DNA from: a virus
Lineage: Duplodnaviria > Caudoviricetes
Strand: one strand, 5' to 3'
Length of the DNA: 64,000 nucleotides
Virus record (IMG/VR): IMGVR_UViG_3300028603_000024
Location: 1 to 64,000 of that record
How positions within the stretch are numbered: position 1 is the first letter of the stretch; each line of letters opens with the position of its first letter. The position numbers and the translations under genes were made by a program. The notes under the pieces are model-generated. The model had not been told where the DNA came from, did not search any database, and worked only from the letters and a program-made list of their open reading frames with translations. Of the stretch, positions 1-9,161 are shown piece by piece.

Positions 1-1413
1 ACCGCCGCCACCACCGCCCGTCCCCGCGGGTGGGAAACCGCCGCCACCACCGCCACCGCCGGGGCCGTCGGAGAAGCCGGGAGGAAGATTACCGGCGCCA
101 AAGTTAGGAGCACCGCTGCTATCGCCAAAACCACCTGCGCCTGCCCCTGCGCCTGCGGGTGGGAAACCGCCGCCACCGCCGGGGCCGGGGGGCGTAAAAC
201 CAGGGGCCTGCACCGGCGAGGTACCCGCAAGCTTCTTGAACTCCGCGGCCCGGTCCCTGACACTCTTCGGCAGCAGGTCGATCTCATCCTGCCCACAGAA
301 GGCGCAGGATATCTCGTCCATGGCGTCCAGGAAGTGTTCCCATGCCTGCTCCCGCGTCGGGATGTACAACAAACTGTCCCAATCCCGGAAGTAGGTCTCG
401 GAAACGTCCGCCGACAGCGTGATGCAGTCCTGCGGCGCCCGGCTCAAGTCAACGACGTAGTTGGCCTTGCCGCCCGCGGCCCGGCCGCCCTTACCGCCGG
501 CCCCGGCAAAAGCACCCTGACCGCCACTGCCGCCGGCTTGGTGCTGCTGACTCATGAAGGTCTGGTCGTACATATACCACATCGGACTCTGCTCGCTGAC
601 CAGGCTGCCGACCCGGAAACCGTTGATGAAGTCCTCAGGCAGCTGGTCGCCGGGTCTCACGGGCGAATTCATCTGCCCCTCCAGGTTGCCGACCAACTGT
701 GTCTTGAGCTTGACAACGGCATACTCCGGCGACTGACCCGTACGCCGCACGTCGACGCCGCCGAAGCCGTACACAAAGGCCTGCATGAAACCAAGTCGCT
801 TCGGCCGACAAACTCCTTGCCGATTCTCGGCTTGGGCACCGAAACCCCGCTGCAGATAGAAGTTCCAACGCGAGTCCCCGGCCTTCACGGCGGCATCGAT
901 CTTCCGGTAACCGGTCTCGAAGACTCCGAGAGGTATCTCGGGATGATCGCTGCAGGCGTCGATGATGTCGATTTTGCGAAGGCCGTAGAACTCGGCAACG
1001 TTAAGCACCAGAAGCCAGCTGCCAATGTCCCGAGGCTCCTTGCCGTGCCGCCAATCCTCGATCCGCAGATTCGGACCGCCCTGACGGATCGCCTGGCGGT
1101 AGGCGGCATAAAGATCCCGCCAACCGTCGACTACGACTTGCCGCACGTTACTATCGTCGCAGACCCGCCGTGCCAGATCCCGCAGCGGCTGTTCCGCAGC
1201 CCCGGGCCGCTCCTTACAGGACTCCGCGATCTTCTGGACCTCCCCGAAGGTCCGGGCCACGAGTTCGCGAATGACCCGGGGAAAAGGACGCGGGATGGGC
1301 CGAGCAATAAACACCGCCTTCTGCTCCGGCTCCGCAAGCCACGCGTTTGCGCCCGGTTTGAGGATCAGCCGACGCTGCCCCCCTGCTTGAGATTCCTGAT
1401 ACGTCTGAACCAT
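1..1413 (-). CDS. Replication-module protein, probable ssDNA-binding protein with Gly/Pro/Phe low-complexity C-terminal tail (runs off the window)
   Basis: Missing from the ORF track. My translation from ATG 1413 (SD AAGGAG upstream) gives MVQTYQESQAGGQRRLILKPG... with no stop to position 1, ending in ...PGGGGGFPPAGAGAGAGGFG... It lies directly downstream of the polymerase. The SSB call comes from position and tail only. Confidence 0.6.
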   Translation of the reverse strand, partial: MVQTYQESQAGGQRRLILKPGANAWLAEPEQKAVFIARPIPRPFPRVIRELVARTFGEVQKIAESCKERPGAAEQPLRDLARRVCDDSNVRQVVVDGWRDLYAAYRQAIRQGGPNLRIEDWRHGKEPRDIGSWLLVLNVAEFYGLRKIDIIDACSDHPEIPLGVFETGYRKIDAAVKAGDSRWNFYLQRGFGAQAENRQGVCRPKRLGFMQAFVYGFGGVDVRRTGQSPEYAVVKLKTQLVGNLEGQMNSPVRPGDQLPEDFINGFRVGSLVSEQSPMWYMYDQTFMSQQHQAGGSGGQGAFAGAGGKGGRAAGGKANYVVDLSRAPQDCITLSADVSETYFRDWDSLLYIPTREQAWEHFLDAMDEISCAFCGQDEIDLLPKSVRDRAAEFKKLAGTSPVQAPGFTPPGPGGGGGFPPAGAGAGAGGFGDSSGAPNFGAGNLPPGFSDGPGGGGGGGGFPPAGTGGGGGG

Positions 1414-1429
1414 TACACCTCTCCTTTTG

Positions 1430-4423
1430 TTAAGCCACGTTCCTTGAAACCGTAGAACCTCTCGAGGCCCACATTACGGGAGCCTCATAACCCTCCGGTA
1501 CACCTGCTTCTTTCAACTCCTCCCTACTCGCTTTCTCGCTGTATCTCAAATGCATCGTCGACTCAACTCCGAAATGGAAATTAAGCCCGGGAACGATGTT
1601 CAACGAGCCCATACAGGGCTGAATCACTTCTTCGATGATGTATGGAGCGTCCTGCCCCCGACAAGCTATGAGAGTGGAATCGTGCACGGCCAACTTAATG
1701 CGGAACGGGCACCGGGACCACCGATGAGCCTCGAACAACTTGGCCACCGCAACGGACAGCGCCTCGGCCACGAGATTCTGAACAGGCCAGTTACAAGCCT
1801 CCCGCTGCTGCGCCCGGATAGTTGCAACTTTCTTCGACTCCGCATTAAAGCGCCGCATGCGACCGTAGGGGCTCCAGAGAACCCCGGGTTCAAACACCGC
1901 CTCCTTACACCGCTCCAAAAACTCCGCGGCCCGGAAGAAACCGGTGAGGTACTCATCGATGTAAGACTGAGCCTCCTGCACCGTAGCCGGCACTCCATCC
2001 TGAGACAACTGCCTCGCGACAGCTTTGGCCCCTCTTTGGTATGGAATTCCGAAGATAATTGTCTTACTTGAAGTGCGTAGATGCGAGAGACTCTCCGTCA
2101 GTAGCTGGTCCCTCAGCACCTCGGTGCCCTCTCGAACCGCGAGGGCCAAGCCGGGCCACGTAACGATCTTCTGCCCCGCGAGCCAAACCTCGTGACCGCG
2201 ATTATTGGGCAGCTCAACTACCTTATCCACCCGCCCCGCTACGGGCGAGTATTGCCCCGCTATCCATTTTTTGGTGCCCACGCCGCAGGCGGGATCATAC
2301 CGCAGCTTGAACATCTTGACCGCCATCTCGCTGTGAATATCCCGCTTAGGGTTCAACAAGATCTCCAGCATCGCCTCATCGCCGGACAGAAAGGCCAGGG
2401 AAAAGACCTCGGCGGTGATGTAATCGCTTTCGATCAGCACGGGCAGATCCTCATCGCCCACGAATATAGACTTCACCTTAGGCCACTGCGGATCATCAAA
2501 AATCCGCTTGAAATCCTTTTCCCTCTGACTGGGCAAGTTCTGGTTATTGGGGTCGAAAGACTTCCAGCGTCCCGTCTCGGCTAACTGGCTGATGTGGGTG
2601 TGAACCGTATTATCATGCCACGCCCAGGATCGCAGGCCTTTGAAGTAATAAGGCTGTCCCTTCACCACGACCGGCTCCGGCATCATAGTCGAAATGATCT
2701 TGGACAGATACCCGTAATCCCTGATTTTAGAGACAATGGGATGCTCCGCAGCCAGCATGCCGAGGGTCTCGTTGTCCGTAGAGGGCGTGTATTTGTCCTC
2801 GTCGTGATCCTCTACGACATCGGCCCACAGCTTAGGCTGCTTGCCGGTGGTCTTCTCCGGCACCAACCCCAAACAGGGCACCCAGGAGGGCCGCAGCTGC
2901 CGAGGACGCCCGAACTCGTCCCTCTTCTTGTGATACCGCTCCCCGAAAAGCAGATCGATCTTCTGCTCATACGAACGCGGGTTGAAATCCTCCCACTTCA
3001 GATCCGTTCGAATCTCGGTAAGCAGCTCCTCGGCCCGCTCCTTGAACCGCATCTCCAAGAAGCTGAACCTCTGCATGTCCACCCGCAGACCGCTCTGCTC
3101 CATCTCAAATATCCCTCGGCCCGCCGGCATCGTCACCTTAAATACCAGACCCCTGAGCTTCTTGTAATGTTCCCCGGGCTGACTGATCTCCGCCATCAGC
3201 TGAGCGCAGCATTTCCACGTCTTATCCGCGTCATGAGCGCCGTAGTAAACAAGGATCTCCTTCGGTACATGGGCGTAGGCGTAACGGTCCACCAACTTTT
3301 TGTGCCCATCCGTCCAAGCCCGCAGCTGCTCATCGTAACGATGTGTCTTTAACAAGTGAGAGGCCATTATCTCCAACTGACTGGACCGCTCCGGGTACAG
3401 CGCGTGGTAGAGCAGGATGGTGTCAACGCCCCTCATGAAGGCATCCATGACCCGCACGCCGAGATATTCCAGGTACAGCGCGTCGGAACGGAAAAAGTGA
3501 CCCGTGATCCGAGCCTCGGGACGGTCAAACAGCCTGTTCAGGGGGGCAACGATGGCCTGCTCCTCCAACACCACAGGCATGGGCCAGCCGGCGTCCCGCA
3601 GATAAAGAACCGCCACCTTGCCGGGCTGGGCTGATATCTGAATAGTCCGCAGACCGCCCCGGTCGGGGTGTGGGCCGCCCCACTCGCAGTCCACGGAGAA
3701 AAACGTCTGCGACATGTTACGATCAACCCAATCAGCCACTGCCTCCGGGGTCTCCAGTAACTCGATGTCGATCTCGTCGGTACGGACCGGATTGCCGCCC
3801 CGCACGAGCCGGCAGAAGTCCGCAATTTCGCCATAGAACTCCGCCGTGGTGCTTGGATCCACAGCCAACGCGTGCGGGCTGCTGGCGACAAATACCTTCG
3901 CCTTCCCGAGGACCTGCACACGGCCCCGGAGATTAGAGAACTTCTGCTCCGGCAACACCGCCTTCACCGCATAACTACCCATCAACAGAATATAATCCGG
4001 ATCAACTCTACGAATCTCTTCCGCCAGTAGCGGAGCACACTCCTTGGTCCACGCCGCCAGCGGGGTGGAACGGTTCTGCGGGTAGGAGTATTTAACCACC
4101 GCGGTAACATACCAAGAGCCGGGATCCTCGCCGCCGGCGACGACGGCGTTACGGAATTCCCGGCCGGACTCATCGGACAAGTAAGCCTGAAACCGACTAT
4201 CGGCATAATTCGGATGACTGAGAATAATCATCACCTTCGCAGGCCGCGGACCCCGTTCAACCTCGCGACAAGGCTCCCCCACGGCGTGCCCCGGAATAGA
4301 GACGACGTACTCGAAGTCCTGCCCCTTGTTCAAGGGGCAGGAAACGTAGGCGGGATGTTTTAGGAGCTGCTCCACCGTCTGCTCGTAACTGATATTGCTG
4401 CGTCGAGCCAGCTCTTCAATCAT
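1430..4423 (-). CDS. polA: Family A DNA polymerase with N-terminal uracil-DNA-glycosylase-like domain and 3'-5' exonuclease (SPO1-type architecture)
   Basis: ExoI FSVDCEW; TGRWKSFDPNNQNLP; motif A DYITAEV; DIHSEMA; motif B RTSSKTIIFGIPY; motif C VHDS. N-terminal UDG-4-like segments YVTAVVKY and CAPLLAEEIRRVDPDYILLMG. Start placed at ATG 4423, just after the primase stop (track start 4507). Confidence 0.93.
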   Translation of the reverse strand: MIEELARRSNISYEQTVEQLLKHPAYVSCPLNKGQDFEYVVSIPGHAVGEPCREVERGPRPAKVMIILSHPNYADSRFQAYLSDESGREFRNAVVAGGEDPGSWYVTAVVKYSYPQNRSTPLAAWTKECAPLLAEEIRRVDPDYILLMGSYAVKAVLPEQKFSNLRGRVQVLGKAKVFVASSPHALAVDPSTTAEFYGEIADFCRLVRGGNPVRTDEIDIELLETPEAVADWVDRNMSQTFFSVDCEWGGPHPDRGGLRTIQISAQPGKVAVLYLRDAGWPMPVVLEEQAIVAPLNRLFDRPEARITGHFFRSDALYLEYLGVRVMDAFMRGVDTILLYHALYPERSSQLEIMASHLLKTHRYDEQLRAWTDGHKKLVDRYAYAHVPKEILVYYGAHDADKTWKCCAQLMAEISQPGEHYKKLRGLVFKVTMPAGRGIFEMEQSGLRVDMQRFSFLEMRFKERAEELLTEIRTDLKWEDFNPRSYEQKIDLLFGERYHKKRDEFGRPRQLRPSWVPCLGLVPEKTTGKQPKLWADVVEDHDEDKYTPSTDNETLGMLAAEHPIVSKIRDYGYLSKIISTMMPEPVVVKGQPYYFKGLRSWAWHDNTVHTHISQLAETGRWKSFDPNNQNLPSQREKDFKRIFDDPQWPKVKSIFVGDEDLPVLIESDYITAEVFSLAFLSGDEAMLEILLNPKRDIHSEMAVKMFKLRYDPACGVGTKKWIAGQYSPVAGRVDKVVELPNNRGHEVWLAGQKIVTWPGLALAVREGTEVLRDQLLTESLSHLRTSSKTIIFGIPYQRGAKAVARQLSQDGVPATVQEAQSYIDEYLTGFFRAAEFLERCKEAVFEPGVLWSPYGRMRRFNAESKKVATIRAQQREACNWPVQNLVAEALSVAVAKLFEAHRWSRCPFRIKLAVHDSTLIACRGQDAPYIIEEVIQPCMGSLNIVPGLNFHFGVESTMHLRYSEKASREELKEAGVPEGYEAPVMWASRGSTVSRNVA

Positions 4424-4431
4424 TCGCGATG

Positions 4432-5523
4432 TTATTGGTCCCTGTTTAACAGCCACTGATACACACCTCTCCGCTGCGGCTGGTGCGGGCTGTGCGACTG
4501 TACCCAACCAGCCAAGTAGTTAAAAAATTCCTCCCGCGGCCATTTCCCGGGGTCCCCGTGCGGTAACGTAAGCGGGTAGATCGGGCAGCGACAACGAGCG
4601 TAAAGCTCATCCGCGGTCTCCTCCGTAACCTGCTTTTCCTGCTCCCCGGAATCGCCGACGATGATAATTGCCTTCTTGGCGCCCCAAGTCTCGGCAAGTA
4701 TCTCGTACTGCCGTAAGCTCCGGGATTGACCGAGGGTTGCCACACAGGGCGGTCCCTGCCGGGCCGCGTCGGTGGGACCCTCAACAAGTACGCAGTAGTT
4801 ACAGTTCGCGGCTTGGTCGTAGCCATAAACGTACCGACTCCGCCACGTACCCGGCATACTGAGCCAGCGAAGGTTCGTGAAATCCTTGTCCCGCAACTGC
4901 GGCAAAGGCTCAAACGAGAGACGAGCCTGCCAACCGACCTCCTGTCCCTGGTAATGGACGGGAATAATGATCCGATTGGTCAGCCCCCCCTGCCAGAGCT
5001 GCGGATTGCCTGCGATGCAGTATCGCCAACCGTAGACGGCTCCCAATTCTGTCGGGTCAAGTCCCCGCTCCCGCAAATACCTCTGCCCGTGAAACAAGCG
5101 GGGGTCGTCCCCGTCAAGCCGAAGGCACTCCCCGGGATCCAGATACGGAGAGTGCTCCTCGCTGCCTGCGTCGGCAACGGAGACCTCCGGTTCCTGATCT
5201 CGGCTGGTCCACGAGAGCAACGAATAAACCTGCTCCTGCCCGAGGTTACAACGAAAGCATTTGGCTGGGTATAGCCGCTTCTCGCTCTCTATGTGTCGTA
5301 ACCCGTAAGCGTAGCTGATGTACAGCTTCTTCTTAACGTCCCCACACAGGGGGCAATTAACTCTATAGGTTTCGCCCCAACTAAGAATGTCAACCCGCGG
5401 CTGACCGTAGTTATCGAAACCCATGCGGGTAACCAGCCGCTGTCCGGGCCGCTCCAACTTGACGTCGCCGAATCTCGCGACCAGCGAACGGTACAGGGCG
5501 GGATTAAGGAGATTATGTTGCAT
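4432..5523 (-). CDS. DNA primase (Zn finger + TOPRIM)
   Basis: CPLC...CFRC Zn ribbon, YLRERGL, RIIIPV..WQAR, LVEGPTD TOPRIM motif, GDPG. ATG 5523 has a GGAGG SD. Confidence 0.88.
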   Translation of the reverse strand: MQHNLLNPALYRSLVARFGDVKLERPGQRLVTRMGFDNYGQPRVDILSWGETYRVNCPLCGDVKKKLYISYAYGLRHIESEKRLYPAKCFRCNLGQEQVYSLLSWTSRDQEPEVSVADAGSEEHSPYLDPGECLRLDGDDPRLFHGQRYLRERGLDPTELGAVYGWRYCIAGNPQLWQGGLTNRIIIPVHYQGQEVGWQARLSFEPLPQLRDKDFTNLRWLSMPGTWRSRYVYGYDQAANCNYCVLVEGPTDAARQGPPCVATLGQSRSLRQYEILAETWGAKKAIIIVGDSGEQEKQVTEETADELYARCRCPIYPLTLPHGDPGKWPREEFFNYLAGWVQSHSPHQPQRRGVYQWLLNRDQ

Positions 5524-6937
5524 GCAACCTCCCCGCCGACGGTCCGGCCTGCGCATACATCCCGCTACGAGCATCGAGCTGATAACCCGCCGCGGTTCGA
5601 AACTGGTTCAAGTCGCCGTGCAACCTGACGATGATCTTATTGTTCTCGTTCTGCGCCACGCTCGTCGCCTTGGAGCGAGTCATCGTTCCGATCATCTGAT
5701 CGTCAAGGGCCGCGATGCCAATCGCGTAGCGGCAGTAATTGCCCATGCTCTTACAATACGCAGCCATGGTGTGATGCGGCTCGATACCCTTCTTCCGCTG
5801 GTTTTCTGTGTCCAGCTGTTGCAGCATGATGCCTTGAACTTTTTCATCCCGACAAAACCGAGCAAACTCGGAGGCGAAACGATCCATCTCTCCGGTCAAC
5901 TGGGTACCGGGGATGCCGCGAGCCGCCATGTTACGAACCACGCAGGTCTGAACCCAATCGATAACCACAAGTGTGGGCCGATTGCCTTCCCGTGAGAGGG
6001 CCTGAACGCAGGCTGCGATCTCGTTGATCCCGCCGGTTCCGGCGGCCCCGGTGCTCATGTCGTAAGGCAACAGATACCGACCGCACCGCTCCCGAACCTC
6101 CTCCAGCCGCTCCAGGGCCTCCAGGGGATACTCCTCCGGCTCCCGTCCCTCAAATTCCTTACGACTGATACCGGTAGCCATGGCCAGGAAACGGATCATG
6201 ATGTCGCCCAGGATCTCCTGCTCGTAACTGAAATACGCCGAGGGCTGGCACTGCAGGCATCTGGCCCACGAACACTGCGAACCAAGCACGGTCTTGCCGC
6301 CACCGGACGGCGCCAGAAACAGCATCGCGTCACCCAACGCCATGCCCCCGCCGGTCATTCGATCCAACCAGTCGATGCCGAAAGGCTCGCGCCGAAAATT
6401 CGCGGACGGTAATTTCGTTCCCGGCATCATGAAACGAACCGGCTCCACCGAGGCGGGCCGGGCCTGGATCAGACGACTGTGCAGATCGGAAACGTCCTGA
6501 AACAGGTCCCCCCTTGACTCCCGGCGGGCCAGCTGCATCACGACGCGGTACTCCAAAAACTCCTGAAAGAGCTGCAGCACGTAGTTGGAGTGCGACTGCA
6601 TACGCACAGAGTCATAACGCCGCCGTAACATCGTATACAGGACACCGAGCTCCTGAAAAACAGGAGAGTGCGGCAACTGTGATGCCTGCTGAGCAACCGG
6701 CAAACGACCCAGCTGCGCCCACCACATGTCGACGTCCAAGGGGCCAAAGGCCCCGGAAGCTGCCAGTACACCTTGAATAGCTTCCCAAGCGAGACGATAG
6801 GGCATCTCCGACGCCGGGTTCCATCCCGAAAGCACTTCTTCGGCTGCGTGTCCCGCCACTCGACGCTGTACGGTCTCGTCGAGGGCGTAGTAGATCACCA
6901 GCAGCCGCTTCTGATCGATTGATAAATCTCCGTTCAT
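5513..6937 (-). CDS. Replicative SF4 (DnaB-like) helicase
   Basis: GIDWLDRMTGGG, Walker A APSGGGKT, FSYEQ, Walker B LVVIDW; adjacent to the primase. Confidence 0.88.
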   Translation of the reverse strand: MNGDLSIDQKRLLVIYYALDETVQRRVAGHAAEEVLSGWNPASEMPYRLAWEAIQGVLAASGAFGPLDVDMWWAQLGRLPVAQQASQLPHSPVFQELGVLYTMLRRRYDSVRMQSHSNYVLQLFQEFLEYRVVMQLARRESRGDLFQDVSDLHSRLIQARPASVEPVRFMMPGTKLPSANFRREPFGIDWLDRMTGGGMALGDAMLFLAPSGGGKTVLGSQCSWARCLQCQPSAYFSYEQEILGDIMIRFLAMATGISRKEFEGREPEEYPLEALERLEEVRERCGRYLLPYDMSTGAAGTGGINEIAACVQALSREGNRPTLVVIDWVQTCVVRNMAARGIPGTQLTGEMDRFASEFARFCRDEKVQGIMLQQLDTENQRKKGIEPHHTMAAYCKSMGNYCRYAIGIAALDDQMIGTMTRSKATSVAQNENNKIIVRLHGDLNQFRTAAGYQLDARSGMYAQAGPSAGRLHAT

Positions 6938-6953
6938 AAACCGCCGCTACCCT

Positions 6954-7553
6954 TCAATGCGAGAGAAACTGCTTCCATAAACGCTCTCGCTTAGGCGATA
7001 TTCGTAGCTCCCACAGGGTTTGTGGGAGATGCGCCGCTGCGACGTCGCCCTGCGAGAGCCGCAGAGCCATGAAATACAAAACATCGGCCCGGGGACCGAC
7101 GTCAGAAGAGGCGTAAGCCTCCAAGGCCTCAGAAACGGATCGCTGAGACGAGAACCTGAGAAACATAGCTACGTCTCGCTCCAACTGACCCCTATCCTCC
7201 TCATCGGAGACGCTGACCAAGGACTCCGCAGCGGCGGTGAAGGCTTTAACAGTCCGCAGCAGGTAGGCCGGGGTAACCAGCCGTCCCCGCCGGTGGCAGT
7301 AGTCCCAAGCCGCCGTCAACACCAGCTCCGGAGCGATACGCCGCCGCCAGCAAGCCGCGGCCAACAGCTGCATGGCTCGCTCAAACTCAGCGCCCTGTAA
7401 CGGCGGGGAGAGATCATGAGTGTAGGCTTGGTAATAGGCCTCATAGGCCCTCTGGCACATCCGGATACCTACGTCAAGGGCAGCTGCTGTGCCAGGATGT
7501 TCCGACACAGCATCGCTACTTCGCTGGGCGACTTCTTCCGTAACACCTTCCAT
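6954..7553 (-). CDS. Hypothetical protein (start uncertain, possibly ATG 7460)
   Basis: Helical ORF filling the gap between the two helicases in the same operon. Confidence 0.6.
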   Translation of the reverse strand: MEGVTEEVAQRSSDAVSEHPGTAAALDVGIRMCQRAYEAYYQAYTHDLSPPLQGAEFERAMQLLAAACWRRRIAPELVLTAAWDYCHRRGRLVTPAYLLRTVKAFTAAAESLVSVSDEEDRGQLERDVAMFLRFSSQRSVSEALEAYASSDVGPRADVLYFMALRLSQGDVAAAHLPQTLWELRISPKRERLWKQFLSH

Positions 7554-9037
7554 CCGTGGCTCCTGTACACTCGAATCCGTTCCTGCTTACGTCTCGTCAT
7601 CGCGGGATCGAAGTCGTCTTCACCATCGATAACGATATTAACATGCTTGCCTTCGCTAATACGACTGCCGCGACCCGCCTCCTGCTCGGCGTTAATCTCA
7701 CTGCCCTGAGCGCTGAGTCGCATCACAAATTGCAGCTTCGGGAAATCCACCGCCTTACCCCAAGTACCGGTGGCGATGACGCCCCGAAGCTCGCCGGCGA
7801 CAAACTGCTCGTACAGTTGCGTTCGCCTCGCGGCGGTCAGCCGTTCCACGCCTTGATACTCCATAGCCCGAAGCATGTCAGCGGCCCTCGCCGCTGCCCG
7901 CCTCTCCGCAGCCGTCGGCTCCCTGCTCTGAGGCAAAGCCGTGCTGGGCAGGGAGGCGTAAACCGTGGACCAGTCGGGAAGAAATTGCTGCACATTGATG
8001 GCGTGTTGCAGGGTCTGCGTAACCATCAACACCTGACCCATCTCCACTATTTGCCTCGCAACCATGGCAAAATCTTCGTTACGCTCCTGGTTGTTCCAGA
8101 TCACCTCGCGGGTCCTGCTGGTGGGCTGCTGGTACTGCGATCGTCTGCCACGAGTCTGCATCATAATCACTACCGTGGGCACCACGCTACCGGCGGCGAC
8201 AGACTCCTCATAATCGACCCGACAGATAACGGGGCCGAAGAGGGCTTCGATGAGAATTTCGCCCCGATCGCTCCGCCCCTCCATAGAGGCCGAGAAACCG
8301 ATCCGCTTGGCCCGCACGGCACGACCGAGAGGTACCCGAATAGACTCCCCCGGGGCTAAGTGAACCTCGTCGAACAGCAGCAGTCGTGTATTGGCCAAGG
8401 AACCGTCGCTGTCATACTTCATCAGGCTGTTGGCGCTGACTACGTTGACCCGCTTGCGGATGTTATGGCTGCCGTCGACCCACCCGGTCTCGATGTTGTA
8501 ACCCGCCAGCCGCTTACGAATATTCCGCAAAGCCTCCAAGCCGGGGGCCACCACGGTAACGGGCAGACGAGGATATGAAAGCACCAATTTAGCGATGGTC
8601 TCGCTCTTGCCCCAGCCGGTGGTGCAATCCACCACGCCGCCGCCGGCGGAACTCCAAATACGTTGCATCGCCTCCCGCTGCTTATGCCGGAAACCCCCAA
8701 GTCCCTCCGTGACCGGAGGCGGCAGGGGCTCGAACTCGTCAACATATTCTACGGTACCGTAACGCGAGAGGATACCAACGACCCGCTCCCGCAGCCCGCC
8801 AAAAGTAACAGCAGCCCCGGTCCGTTCGGTAATGAGGGGAACGTTCTCACGCAGAAAGAAAGGCTCCTTACCCACAACCTCACCGGCGGGGTTACGGATC
8901 TTGAAACCGGCCCGGGGATTCCGGACCTGCTTTCGCCAGAGAAGATGAGGCAGGAGTTGATTAATGAATGTTGCGGGGGTGATAAACAGAAGATTATTGC
9001 GGTGCACAACCTTAATAGACGTATCGTTAAACGTCAT
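7469..9037 (-). CDS. SF2 DNA helicase (UvsW/XPB-like)
   Basis: Walker A CTTGWGKS, DEVH, SAS, motif VI QEAGRGSR. Confidence 0.9.
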   Translation of the reverse strand: MTFNDTSIKVVHRNNLLFITPATFINQLLPHLLWRKQVRNPRAGFKIRNPAGEVVGKEPFFLRENVPLITERTGAAVTFGGLRERVVGILSRYGTVEYVDEFEPLPPPVTEGLGGFRHKQREAMQRIWSSAGGGVVDCTTGWGKSETIAKLVLSYPRLPVTVVAPGLEALRNIRKRLAGYNIETGWVDGSHNIRKRVNVVSANSLMKYDSDGSLANTRLLLFDEVHLAPGESIRVPLGRAVRAKRIGFSASMEGRSDRGEILIEALFGPVICRVDYEESVAAGSVVPTVVIMMQTRGRRSQYQQPTSRTREVIWNNQERNEDFAMVARQIVEMGQVLMVTQTLQHAINVQQFLPDWSTVYASLPSTALPQSREPTAAERRAAARAADMLRAMEYQGVERLTAARRTQLYEQFVAGELRGVIATGTWGKAVDFPKLQFVMRLSAQGSEINAEQEAGRGSRISEGKHVNIVIDGEDDFDPAMTRRKQERIRVYRSHGWKVLRKKSPSEVAMLCRNILAQQLPLT

Positions 9038-9090
9038 CTTGTCGCTCCGTCAGGTTCTCAAGCAATCCGTTACACCGGTAGGTGATTCAG

Positions 9091-9119
9091 ACTTTACTGA
9101 AGAACCTCGGGGAAGTCAA
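9091..9119 (-). promoter_or_regulatory. Sigma70-type promoter for the helicase-primase-polymerase operon
   Basis: Minus strand TTGACT-N17-TAAAGT, immediately after a terminator U-tract. Confidence 0.7.
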
Positions 9120-9120
9120 T

Positions 9121-9156
9121 AAAAAACGCTCCGCCGATTTTTCTCTCGGCGGAGCG
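9121..9156 (-). terminator. Intrinsic terminator after sbcC
   Basis: 11-bp stem CGCTCCGCCGA/TCGGCGGAGCG followed by T6 on the minus strand. Confidence 0.85.
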
Positions 9157-9161
9157 AACGA

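Noticed and set aside
334-1455. 373-aa plus-strand ORF
   Set aside because: Antisense shadow of the minus-strand gene at 1-1413, which has an SD and fits the operon.
2078-2302. PolA insertion as an intein or intron
   Set aside because: Only about 75 aa, no N-terminal C/S block or C-terminal HN motif, and the reading frame is uninterrupted.
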